A stretch of DNA of 63,900 nt, filler included, from Sphacelaria rigidula (Eukaryota), in assembly GCA_964200075.2 (NCBI GenBank). It is 7 parts of 7 records of this genome, joined end to end, with 100 filler letters (N's around TTAATTAATTAA, not from the genome) between each part and the next. Parts side by side here need not be neighbours in the genome. Positions count along the whole stretch, not along the records: positions 9,144 to 18,186 come from CAXNAA020009443.1; positions 18,287 to 27,329 come from CAXNAA020009444.1; 5 more parts are not named here. The stretch is one strand, 5' to 3'. A program made the position numbers and the translations under genes. The stretch's first letter is position 1. Each line of letters opens with the position of its first letter. The notes under the pieces are model-generated. The model saw only the letters and a list, made by a program, of their open reading frames with translations, was not told the origin of the DNA and did not search any database. Positions 13,972-25,189 of this stretch are shown here, piece after piece.

Positions 13972-16800
13972 TCAACCCTTGGCCCTCTTATCTATGGCAT
14001 CCAATACCCCCTTGGGAATCATGTCATCAGAGTTGAGCTTCCCGCACGAGGCAACTACCAACTCTGCCTGCATCCACTCCACATCCGGCACCAACCTACG
14101 CTTCTTGCCCTTGCCGCTTGTAATGCCGCCTTCATCGTCTTTCCCGGTCTTGAAGTCTGCCGTGATTTTCCCTCTTCTGTAACTTCCGATGCTGTAGTCG
14201 GAATCGTGCTCTCGAATTTCGGATGTGGCGGGCGACCACCAGCGCACCTCGACTTGAGCTTCGCCATCGACTCCCAACTGCTTGCCGGTCACCTTTCCTA
14301 CAAGAAATGGGGCTTTGTCGCCGAGGAAGAACACGAAGTCTCCCTTGGTGAAGGAGGGGACATGCAAGATGTCAGCGCTGCCGTCCCCATCGGTGTGCCC
14401 CCCGGGACCGCCACCCCCGTCGCCCCCATCACCTAGAAGGGACTTATCAACACCAACTTTCCCCGCCTTCTCACTGAGAGACGACTCCAACCCCCCCCGG
14501 ACCTCTCATCTACACTAGCACCCCCGTGAGCCCCTGCCACCGCCTCTCGTGCTCCTCCAGACGGATGCACGTTTTTGCGCCTGAGCCAGTGACACGGGAG
14601 GCTCCAAAGTACAGAACCTTTCGCTGCGAGAAGTCTATGTGATGTCGCCATCTCGTTTTTTATGGCCTCCTATTTTTCGAAATGTGCGTGGCATGTATCG
14701 CAGGCGGGAGGGGGGCGGGGAGGGCACGTGCGGTCTTGAGGATCGGGTGGACTCCATATGGGGACGAGATTGGTGGACAAGGGTTAGCGGGAGGAGAACT
14801 CCAGGGCCACGGTCAGCATCGTGCGCGGGAAATGCAATGAAGAGCGATCAGAATATTGCGTGATTGCGCGGGATGAGTGCGATCGACACGCACCGAGAGG
14901 GTAGAGGGTGGCCAGTCGACAGTGCACGGCGTTGTGGCGAGCCTTGATGTTCTGTCGCACCGCGGCGTCCACCTCCTTAAGCTAGAATGGAGGTGCGCAC
15001 TCAACATCTAGAACAACCATGCGGAAGAGCGGGTGAGGAGCTCCCTCGTAGATCCCCGCGGGCGTTTTCCCTGTGAAAACCGCGTCATGCATGTTTTTCT
15101 TCATGCCCACAGTGACCTGCTCAGTCCCTGCTGAGCGGATTTCGAATGAACGGGGCTGAGTCACCCCACGGATGGGCACCACGCGGCCACCTACACTGAC
15201 AGCGCCTTTGAAGTTCCCCAGGGAGCGAAGAGTTGTGGTAAACACTGGCAGGGTCTTGTATGCCCTGCGGCATGCTGCTGCTTGCTGTCGTCTCGTGAAC
15301 AGACAAACCCTCTTGCAGTGTACCGAAATCCTGTTAGAACAATCAAGAATGTGTCATTGCCGGCTTGCGTCAAGTATATTTATTTTCTCGCGTGCCGCAG
15401 GTAAGCTTTGTCCGGAGCCTTGCCCTACCAATGGTGAGGAAGCACCGCACGATTCTGAAACGGACACCAACAAGGACAGGAACAGTCGTACAAGGGCAAC
15501 CAACACGCTCAGCAAATTGAAAAAAATATTGCAAACTTTGATGAAATATTGACTGACCTACGCCGTGGTATTACGCCTGCATCGTTTCGTTGGCGACGGT
15601 AAAACAGTGCCGCCTCTTCATCCCGACGCACAAGTCGTGAGGGCTCTTCCCCAGCATCGTGCCTGGGGATAGCCAACAACGGATGTGACAACCGAGCGGA
15701 GAGAAACAGTTGTATCGCGAACAAAAAAACATTTCTAGTTTACGCCCCGACGCACCTTGAGAATACGTGGTCGATCATGATATGTGTATGACCGACCATC
15801 ATGAAATTTATCTCGACCCGACCGATCGTCCCGCGTGTAATGCGTGAGAGGACCGCGTGCTTAGAGGACCGCATCGGAATTTGAACATCCCTATGGTTAG
15901 GGTTAGGGTTAGGGTTAGTGTTGGGGTTAGGGTTAGGGGCGTGGTACCTCCAGGGACTGACCCGATTGGTTTTGGAAAACGTCGATGCTGAGGTGTTTTG
16001 AACTACGGCGCGGTCTTCTAAGCACGCGGTCCTCTCACGTATTACACCGCGGGCCACCAGAAATCCCAGGTACGCCAGTACGATGTGAGTTTTGTTCTCC
16101 GCGACGCAGTTATCGAGCTGCAGGAACAGCTGGTCGATGTGAACTGATGTATCGCCGTCGCAGTGCAAGTCAAACAATCTGGTAAGCGCCAGGTGGATTG
16201 AAGTGCAAATAAGGTTGCTCCGTGTACTGAGGCGAGTATCGACGGCGTCAGGGTCGTTGATGTCCAAGTATTCGCCGGGACCGTCGGCCAGGAGAGGATC
16301 GGAAACATACCCGATGGTCACATAGCGAATGGAATATGACTTGTATCGATGCGTGTGTGCGTGTGAATTGCATGAGAAATAGCACAACTCACCCCCTCCG
16401 ACTGTCAGGGGAGACAGGAAAATCTCCATGAACTGCCCTTTCACCAGGACCGCCATGACAGTTTGACGTTCCGCATATCCCCTGCCAGTCGTGATAAACG
16501 TAACCACTGTCGACATCAACAGCGAAATGCGAAGCAATACCCATTGAACTGAACATTCGCGTTTTTTTTATTGCGTCCAGCTTCCGAACAGGAAAAGTTC
16601 GAGAACAACACGAAACTTTGGGAGGATATCGAGATCAGTACGGACGCAGCTCAGAAAGCGCCGATCATTCAGCGCACGGATGGCATTCATTGAATTTTGT
16701 TCAATGCCTAAACCTCTTGGACAACACATTGTGGCGATGGTTTCGTTTCTGTCGTCCATCAGTACAAACGCTAGATCATTGACCAGCACGATGGCGAATG
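13972..16800 (-). pseudogene. Intron-containing Sola1-like (DUF7869-like) DDD transposase with a C-terminal Tudor/SH3-like segment
   Basis: LFLQLDNCVAENKTH...VEINFMMVGHTHIMIDHVFSR catalytic motifs. GT-AG intron 15755-15331 joins FSR to ISVHCKR in frame. GTGAGT donor near 16392. Downstream FTKGDFVFFLGDKAPFLVGKV...VEVRWW. Stops present (e.g. ~14983). Confidence 0.75.
15835..16047. mobile_element. 213-bp MITE with ~38-bp TIRs, internal (TTAGGG)n-like tract and 3-bp TSD (CGC)
   Basis: Left TIR GTGTAATGCGTGAGAGGACCGCGTGCTTAGAGGACCGC and its reverse complement at the right end; CGC on both flanks; second copy at 55179-55391. Confidence 0.93.
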
Positions 16801-17609
16801 GTCACCAATAAATTAGGAGATATTTACGACGTTCGTACTTGAGGCGAGAGCAGGCCAGCACCTGGGGGATCGTCTCAAAAGATTGAAGCAACTCCCGAGT
16901 CGATCACCACCCCGAAACTCTGGGGCATGAGTCAGGGTAGCAATGCTGTGCGAGTAACGACGTGGGCCACCTCACCTGCAGGGTGTAGTATACTTATCCC
17001 TGTAGATAAGGCGGCCTATCTAATCGATTATACTTACGCTCCAGGATCGGATATCAAGACTGGATCATGACGTACGGGGGGAATACGAATATGAGCTACA
17101 ATTCTGTTATTTGAGGCATACCCGATCTAGTGCTTGCACTACAAATCTACTGGGGGCACACGCCTTTTTCGTGTGCCGAAAATACGGGATCATGACGTGT
17201 GATTTTGTATGATTGATTTCCCGCCCCCACTTGATTCAGTTGTGTGTCAGTTCTGATTCAGTGGTGGTTTCAGCAGTTGTGTGTTATGTGTGTGAAAGTG
17301 GGCATAAATGGATGAATTAGTTACATAGATAGATGATATCTGGTCTCAACTGGCCACGGCAGGCTTACAACTTCCCCCGGCAACGCACCCGGTGCATGAG
17401 GCTTTCTATTCTGCTAGCATTCAAACCTGGGTCAAGGTTCATGTACAGACTGCTAGGGATTTACACGTCGTAGGCTTAGATCAGGCTACGCTGCCGCAAA
17501 AGGAGAGTTAAACGGATTTTTAAACGAGGCATCGAAACGCGCATAGGCCGCAGACAACAGGAAGGACAACGTCATCAACGGACAGCATCACAGCGCCACA
17601 AGAGCTAAC

Positions 17610-17930
17610 TGTAGCAGAAAGGTACCCAAGACCGGCAGCGGAAACACCCCACGGCACGCGCGTCACCAACTCTAGCATCCAAACGCCAGTGAGCAACTAT
17701 ATCAAGGACAACAGAATCAGAGCTTCTCAGCTTATATCCCAGAAGGCATGTATTCATCTTTATTTTGTATTTTTGAGCTAACCGGAGCAGCAGTAAGAGG
17801 TACCCGAGATCGGCAGCGGTAGTATCCCTCGACACGCGCGTCACCCACTCTAGCATCCGAACGCCAATGAACAAGCCACTTCCGGGACGACAACGTCATC
17901 AGCTTTCAAGCTCCTACTTCAACACGAGCG
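17610..17930. repeat. Degenerate tandem duplication, unit ~180 bp
   Basis: AGGTACCC(A/G)AGA(C/T)CGGCAGCGG and ACGCGCGTCACC(A/C)ACTCTAGCATCC each occur twice about 178 nt apart. Confidence 0.75.
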
Positions 17931-18286
17931 GCAGTGCTCAAGAAGGCACGTTTTCCCTTCTAATTTTCCCTTCGATTTAACATCGAATTTGTTATAGAAC
18001 CACCAGGATTGAAGAGTAGGATGACTTCAAAAATGTTTTGTTATCGATAGGTCGTCATTCTATTCTAGTTTGCGAGTTGGTTTGTGTATTTTATTGCTTT
18101 CTAGAGTGTGATATGTCCTCGCTTCTGTTGAAGTGGGGGTGTTATACAACGCCACACCAAGTGGAGATGAAGATTCATTTTGCAGGNNNNNNNNNNNNNN
18201 NNNNNNNNNNNNNNNNNNNNNNNNNNNNNNTTAATTAATTAANNNNNNNNNNNNNNNNNNNNNNNNNNNNNNNNNNNNNNNNNNNN

Positions 18287-19855
18287 ATGCAAGCTGCAGA
18301 CGCCGCAACGCTGTGGCATCGGCGGATGGGGCACTTGAACAGCAACAGTTTGAACCTTCTCAAAACCGTCGAAAGTAACGGGGTGGACTTCGGTGGATCT
18401 GTCCCAGACTGGAATATTCGTGCTGTTGGGAAAAGCCATCAACTAGTCCATCCAAAGACAGCCTACAACAAAATGAAACGCACCTTGCAACTGGTCATGA
18501 ACATGGGTGGGACCGGCGGCGTTCGGCTCGAACGACTCAGGGCAGACAAAGGGGGTGAATCCATTGGCAACGATTTCAGAACGTACTGCCGGCAGAAAGG
18601 CATATTGCTAGAGTTTGCGAGCACCAATTCACCACAACGAATCGGCCTGTCAGAACGCGTAGGGAGGGCGCTTGCAGCCATGGTCCGGTGCATGCTTGCC
18701 GATAGCGGTTTACCGACCTTTCCCCGGGGCGAATCAATGCTCAGGACATCCTACCTTGCAAACAGGGCACCGCATTCCTGCTACAAGGTTCGAGTTGGAG
18801 TGCTGGGCTGGAAACAAGTGCCCGGTTCTAGTTGCGTCAGTTATTCCGATTTGCAACATTCAGCGTATTCGCATGATGTCGGTAATAGTTTGGGGGTACA
18901 ACCTGGAGCGGTGGAAGACTGACAACAAGGTGCTGAAAAGAATCAAACTTAAACTAATGGGACTTTTTTTTTATGACGGGCATGGGAGATGTATCGTTAG
19001 TGCTGGGAATGGAGGCTGTCCGTGACCGTAATAGCAAGATAGTCAACACTAGCCACACAAATTACAACAAGTCTCTCCAGGAACGATACGAGATAACGAA
19101 CTGCAACCCGGTATGCACTCCTGGGGCAGGACAAGCACCTGTCACTGGACCAGCCGAGGGACAAAATACTCAACGAGGAGGTCAAACAGCGCTTCCAGCC
19201 CATCACAGGCAGTGTGATGTATCTCGCTCGAGTGACTCGCTAAGACATTAGATAGGGCGTGAATCAACTGGCACGGGCGGTGTCCAAACCGACGAAGGCG
19301 CATGTGGCAGCTACAAAACACTTACTTCGATATTTGGCTGGTATTACGGACCTTGACATCAACTACAACCAGGGTGGTTTCCAATTGACGGCTTTTTCAG
19401 GTGCGAACTGGGCCAACAACCCCGACAACGGGAAATCAACATCATCACATCTTCTCTTTCGCTCGAATGGCTTCGTCAGTTTTAAGGTAGGGCTACAAGG
19501 TTTAACGGCGCAATTGATGATGGAAGCAGAACTCGTCGCCGCTGCACTCACGATGAAGGAAGGCATATTTTGCTCGAATATGATGCGGGAGATGGGATTT
19601 GGCACACGCTTCGACTCCGTTCCGGTCTACATCGACAACACTTCAACTCTCCACGTCGTAGGCAACCGAACTTACAGCTCGAGAGTCAAGCACGTAGCTC
19701 TACGGTACTTCTTCGTTCAGGAATTAGTTAAAGAGGGAAGGATCGGCATTCGTTACGTCAAGACCGAAGACCAACTCGCAGACATAGGGACCAGGTACCT
19801 CAGCAAACACAGGCACCGCCATCTCGTCAAACTGATCAGAACGTTGAAAATATGA
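18287..19855 (+). mobile_element. Ty1/Copia pol remnant (GAG-pre-integrase, integrase, deleted RT, RNase H)
   Basis: LWHRRMGHLN; RLRADKGGE; SPQRIGLSERVGR; MTGMGDVSLVLGME; AFSGANWANNPDNGKSTS; MEAELVAA; VYIDN; RVKHVALRYFFVQE; EDQLADIGT, in Copia order, with stops and deletions. Confidence 0.97.
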
Positions 19856-19998
19856 GTACAGCCTGGTTGTAGCTTTGAGTTCTTATTTCGTCCTTGAGTG
19901 TCGGGACGGTTGTACTGATGTGGGTGTTTGAAACTAGTACGTATTTGCATTAAGGGGGAGAGTGAAGGGTTAAGAGTTATACTTGCGCTGAGGGGGAG

Positions 19999-20331
19999 TG
20001 TTAGAAAATGAGGCTGTGGAGCCATGCTCCTCAACGCCTCGTATGGTGTTGACTATATACATATATAGCGTTGGGATCGCAGGTACCGGTCACGAAGGTT
20101 CGGTCTGATGTGGGGGCGTGTAATGTGGGATAGCAGCTGTGATACATAAAGACTCTCCTCGGTTGACCGTTCAACACGGTGGGTTGTTTGGACTGTCTTG
20201 CCCGCAAGAGGCACCTTGAACAGCATCTTCTGTCTACACTCCAAAGCAACGTGTCTGCTTGCTTGGCTTAAGTGTCATTGCGCCAATTCTAGCGATCACG
20301 GCAAAGGGGTCATCGCGACACTTTTCTAACA
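19999..20331 (+). repeat. 3' LTR of the Copia element (333 bp)
   Basis: Polypurine tract GAGGGGGAG immediately upstream; perfect 10-bp inverted ends TGTTAGAAAA...TTTTCTAACA. Confidence 0.92.
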
Positions 20332-20467
20332 AAACAAGCCTCTGGAGGCGTTTGATCCCACCCCTCTGGAGGGCCGCACACCCTCTGGAAGCATTTAATT
20401 CCTCTGGAGGCTCGAAAAGTTGACCGGAACAGAGTATATTTTAGGGTAGCCGAATGCCCGCGTGTGT
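20332..20467. mobile_element. End of the CCTCTGGAG-rich non-autonomous element, interrupted by the Copia insertion
   Basis: Aligns with 42394-42408 plus 42691-42815 (GGCTCGAAAAGTTG.CCGGAACAGAGTAT...CGCGTGTGT). Confidence 0.8.
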
Positions 20468-21220
20468 AGGTCGTCCCGCACTAGTCCCAGCCACTCTCAT
20501 TCATGTTTTCAAGTACACGTACAGGACTTGCTTTCCGGTATGCCATAGACTATTGGTTGCAAACTGCTATTTCTCGGGCAGACAAGAGACAGCAGCAAGC
20601 GTCAAGGAGCTGCACGCTGGGCCGAGGGGCCCCATATCGGGACATGGCGACACCACCACACCCCAGGTCGCCCAAACCTCACCCTGGGACCGTAGGAGGG
20701 GAGGGGGGGAGTGACCCCGGATGCCCTATTTGAGGAGGGGGGGTAACCCCCTGATCGATGGATAATGGCGGTAGTAGTTGCTGTGTGTGCGCCCATTGGT
20801 CTTTAGAACACAGATCTATGTACGGTACATACAATATGGTGCTAGCTGCTGTGTTCGACACTGCGTGCCAACCGCAGCGTGACGCGTTCGGCGGTACTAC
20901 CTGCTGACTGCACCGCGGCAGGATACAGGATGACAAAGCACACCGCAGGACGTCACATCCTTAGCCTATTCCTGTCCTACATTGATTTCGCGCTGTCCTA
21001 TGCAGTTCGCCACATCATGAACGCAGCCACTTGTATCTGCGGCCAAGGTGTACGCGGGATATCACCCCTTGCTACGTGCTATATCGCTACGCCACATTTT
21101 GTGAAGCTGTCCGTGTTGCAGCTACAGCGTACGTTTGCCTCAGGTGGTGCACGCAGGAGTGGAAGACCGCCTCCGCCGCTGTATGTATCTTGGGCGAAGC
21201 TGTCTGGTAACACAGCCGCG

Positions 21221-21295
21221 GCTGGTGCGCCCACATTTACCGAAAGGTGGAGAGCAGCGTCCAGAATAGATGGGACGAGAACACACACAACACAC
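21221..21295 (+). mobile_element. SINE family 1, short 3' fragment
   Basis: GGTGCGCCCACAT...CCAGAATAGATGGGACGAGAACACACAC matches the 3' end of 29463-29830. Confidence 0.75.
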
Positions 21296-21517
21296 TGTGC
21301 CCAGTACACTTTTTAGCATCGTGTTCGTACTGACTATAGACATCTTTGCCCACCGTCTGGTACATCTCCACTTATAATTCAGGGTCTGACATATTTCCAC
21401 ATGTAAATGTATGTAATGTTACTCACAATAAGATCGTGAAAAAATTCGCAGCATCTGGGCGAACTGCAGGTGAGGCAATCGCCGAAGTATTCACCTACAA
21501 ACTCTGCTCCAGTGCAC

Positions 21518-21680
21518 TGTGAGCTGATATCGCTAGAAAGACACTACCATATCCACCTTGCCGGCTGCCAGACCGTCAGGACGAAGGATCCGCTAGCATT
21601 GATACTGTCTGTACGGGGATGTTGCCCCCTTGTCGGGTACGTGGAGAAGGGTCCGTGGCAGAACGCAGAGGTCGAGTCAA
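21518..21680 (+). repeat. Fragment of the KDZ-like element family (GKGPW block)
   Basis: Homologous to 36020-36180 (-) and 26005-26165 (-); translates LISL..H...LAGCQ....LSVRGC.P...Y..KGPWQN. Confidence 0.7.
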
Positions 21681-21889
21681 GCAGCTGCACGCTGGGCGTT
21701 CTCACTCAAGACTTCGATTTGGAGGATGCTACTAGGTAGGCAGCAGCAATCTGTGCCCGGATGCCCCTTGGAGCAAGATGTGTTTGATTCCTGTTTGACA
21801 AAGCTTTCCCGAACAAACCGAAATCAATAGGGGATTTGGAGAGGAAAAACTTAGCAAACAAAAGTCGCAAAAACCGAGGCGCAAAAAAA

Positions 21890-22230
21890 CAGGGGCCTAC
21901 ACGTTACACGTGTCACAGCGTTACATGTTACGTTCACGTTACTTTTTTGCCGAAACGTAACGTGAACGTTAAAAAAAAACATGATGAACGTCACGTGAAC
22001 GTAACGTTAAATTTTCTTTTGAAGCGTTAACGTAACGTCAAATGTTTTGACGTGACATACGTAACGCAACGTAAACGTTAAATTACCCAAACGTTCAAAT
22101 CACGCAATATGAAACCTTTGATGTAACATGTGACGCCTATTACACGTTACGCCTACATCAGACGTTACACGGCATACCTCACGTTACATGTTACGTTACA
22201 CGTTACATGAAACGTCATGAACACGTCACA
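21890..22230. mobile_element. Partial ACGTT(A)-rich MITE, inverted relative to 22870-23157
   Basis: Begins CAGGGGCCTACACGTTACACG; aligns with the reverse complement of 23030-23157. Confidence 0.75.
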
Positions 22231-22869
22231 TGAAGTGGTAAAACTTCCAGAAGATTGTGGTTCAATAAACACGAGTGAGTTTGAATTACCATGGTATAGG
22301 TATGGTGCTATTGCAGCAACTTCGTGCTCTCCCCACCACACCTCACATTCCAAGTTATCGTTGCAACACTGCGTGATAACATCATACTTATCTCGACCAC
22401 ATTCAAGGCTACTTCCTATATATAAAAAATCACGTTGTCAGATGAGCCGTCTTTATTATTATTATTATTATTATTATTTCCGCACATTAGTCTTTAAATG
22501 GCGCGATTTTCCACACAAATGTTCAAAGTAGCCCTTCTTACGTGATCGACGCACTGTCAAAATTGGAAACGCAGTGTTCATCGTTTTCGATGAGGTGTGC
22601 AGGCATAATTTCAAATGCTGTGTCGCGCGAGAGAGATGCGGCACTCTGCTGTCGTGTTGTGGTGTACGGTCCGTACGGACTGTCTGCACCACTGTGATAC
22701 ATTGCCTGAGCGTATATGGTGGGCTGCGTGACGCAAAACGATCAATACGAACACCACCTTGCTGTGATAACTGGCTGTAGAAGTGACGGCTGTGTTTTTT
22801 TCACTGCACGGTAGTATTTGACTGAAAGGGTAGCACGGAGAACAGTACACACAGCAGTACTATATTTTA

Positions 22870-23157
22870 CAGGGCTACACACGTTACACGTTTACGTTCA
22901 CGTTACGTTCATCAAGTAAAAAAAAAAACGTTTACGTTACGTTACGTGTGTCACTTGAAAAAATATAACGTTACGTCAACGTTACATTTGAAACATTGAC
23001 GTTATGTTCACGTTACGATCATCACGTAATTTTTTTTAACGTTACGTTTACGTTACGGTCATCACGTAAAAAAAATAACGTTTACGTTACGTTTCGGCCA
23101 AAATGTAACGTGGACCTAACCTGTAACGCTATGGCACGTGTAAAGTGTATAGCCATG
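22870..23157. mobile_element. hAT-type MITE (288 bp) with dense ACGTTA/TAACGT subterminal repeats
   Basis: Termini CAGGGCTACACAC...GTGTATAGCCATG; flanks ATATTTTA / GTATTTTA (7/8 match, 8-bp TSD). Confidence 0.8.
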
Positions 23158-23179
23158 GTATTTTATGCATTGGCTGTAG

Positions 23180-23772
23180 CGATGGCTTGGATGCCATCAC
23201 GACTGCTGTCGCTAGTGCTCGCTGGCAGCCAGCGTGTTGCTTTTCTGTCCTTCGCTCGCCTTTAGGGTGATGGCCCTTACCCCCATGAGAACAGAACAGG
23301 GTAGGGTCGATGGCGATTGCTGTACAGACACTATGTATGATGTAGTTTGCACCGTATTGTAGCTCAGTTCAGGTCTATGAATGCAGCGTGCTGCAATCAG
23401 CACTCGAATACAGTACAGATTGCCCAAGCGCCCAAGCCCTGTAGACACTACAGCAGTAGCACTGCTTATACTGTGGCCTTGTGTGTTCAGCCAGTGCGGT
23501 CCTGTCTCTGCAAGTCTTAGGTGTGTGGACAGTCTGTACTGCATTGCGAGTGCTGTTCGCAACACGCTGCATGCACAGACCTGAACTGCGAGCTACAATA
23601 CTGTCTGTGCAAACTACATGCAGAGTGTTTGTACAGCACTCGTCATCGACCCTGTCCTGCGCTATTCTCATGGGGTAAAGGACCATGATACTGGGGAGCG
23701 AAGGACAGTGAAGCAACACGCTGACTGCCAGCGAGCACCAGCGACAGCAGTGGTGATGGCAGCCAAGCCACC
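23180..23772. repeat. Diverged foldback (inverted repeat, arms ~280 bp)
   Basis: 23180-23455 is the imperfect reverse complement of 23500-23772; outer arm is homologous to 36185-36270. Confidence 0.88.
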
Positions 23773-23851
23773 ATGGCTGCTGTTGTGGGCTGGAGGGTGT
23801 GTTGGCGTGCGGCGGGATTTCAAACGCGTTTTCGATGACACATATTTTTCA

Positions 23852-23901
23852 ATAGCCCAAAGCTATCAGAAAATCAGGATTTTCTGATAGCTTTGGGCTA
23901 T
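23852..23901. repeat. Perfect hairpin, 24-bp stem and 2-nt loop
   Basis: ATAGCCCAAAGCTATCAGAAAATC-AG-GATTTTCTGATAGCTTTGGGCTAT; degenerate homolog at ~36315-36364. Confidence 0.95.
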
Positions 23902-24054
23902 CGCAAGGGTCTGTCGAGCGAAAGTTTTCGGACACATAGCCACCCCCTCCCCCTCCCGGAGAGTACACCCCCCTCCCGGAGGGCATTTTTTCGAAAATTT
24001 TCATGATTTTTTCGATTTTGTTTTATCAATTTTCTCGCAAGGAACTGTCAATAA

Positions 24055-24350
24055 AAACTGTTTTGATTATTTCTGTTAATTTTGTTACAAGAAATTGATC
24101 AATAAACGCTGACAAAAACCGAAAAGTCTGGTGGGCTTTGTGGGGTTCGTGTATCTGCTTCCGCTCCTTGCTCGTTCTGTCCCAATGACCTCAGATGCCG
24201 GAGGGCATTTATCCGACAATTACAATTATCCTGTTTTTTTTTCAATATTTTCTGTTAACCTTGTTGCAAGAAATCGATCAATGAACATTGATAAAATCCG
24301 AAGAGTTTGGTGGGCTTTGCGGGGTATATGTTTGCTTCCACTCCTTGGCA
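24055..24350. repeat. Degenerate tandem duplication (~175 bp), followed by an AT-rich tract to ~24670
   Basis: TTTCTGTTAA...CAAGAAAT.GATCAAT...GGTGGGCTTTG.GGGGT...GCTTCC.CTCCTTG occurs twice. Confidence 0.8.
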
Positions 24351-25189
24351 CATTTATTTATATATCTATAATATCTAATATAAAACATAAGGATCATATG
24401 CTATATATTATATAGCATCTATATATGTTAATATATAATAATATAATATTGTATATGCTGCCCCTTGATGCATATTCGTATGTATATATAATTAAATAAT
24501 ACATAAATATATTGCGTACAATATATACGCTATAGTACCAGGTATATATTAAGGAGAATAAGCATGTGTGTAATATAGATCTATAATATTGACCTATATT
24601 TCATGGTACATAATATATCAAATATAATATTTGATATGTAATATATGAACATAGCATATGCACATGTATCATTTCACTTTTTTCACCACTTTTGCCGAGT
24701 TTCCTAAGGCGGCAAGGCATCTTATCACGCGCTTTCTTTTGCAGTGCGCGAAGAAGGTGCAGCGGTACATTACCTTTCAGGTTTGGGTGGCATCCAATAC
24801 CTGTGGCTCGTGTTCTGACCGTCGAAAGTCGTCCACACTGGCTCCTTTTCCCGGGGTGTCGTTCCCGAACCACAAAAGCCTTCCTCAAGATCGTGGAAAA
24901 CTTCAAACAAAAACACAAATGCCTGCTCATGGCGGGGTATTTTTTCACCGTGATTTCTTTGCGTTCTCGATGATTCGGGAACACGAAGACAGAGGTTATG
25001 CAGCGAATGTCACGAGAACATGGGAGCAAAGCAGTAGGAAACAGCTGGACATTGCCTTGACTTAGTCAGCAGCAAACACAAGTCGAATGATCCGAGATCC
25101 CTCATCCTTTAGTATTGACCTGAAGCCTCTAACAAGGTCATATCTGCGTAATGTGTGCCCCAATTATGCGAACATAACAATCCACAAAA

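Noticed and set aside
15895-15940. True telomere or chromosome end
   Set aside because: Short, degenerate and enclosed by TIRs.
15835-16047. Introner-like self-removing element (starts GT/GTAA on both strands)
   Set aside because: Neither the end nor the TSDs (CGC, ATA) supply an AG acceptor that would restore the host sequence.
21890-23157. CRISPR-like or satellite array
   Set aside because: No fixed repeat-spacer period; short motifs inside a TIR/TSD-bounded element.
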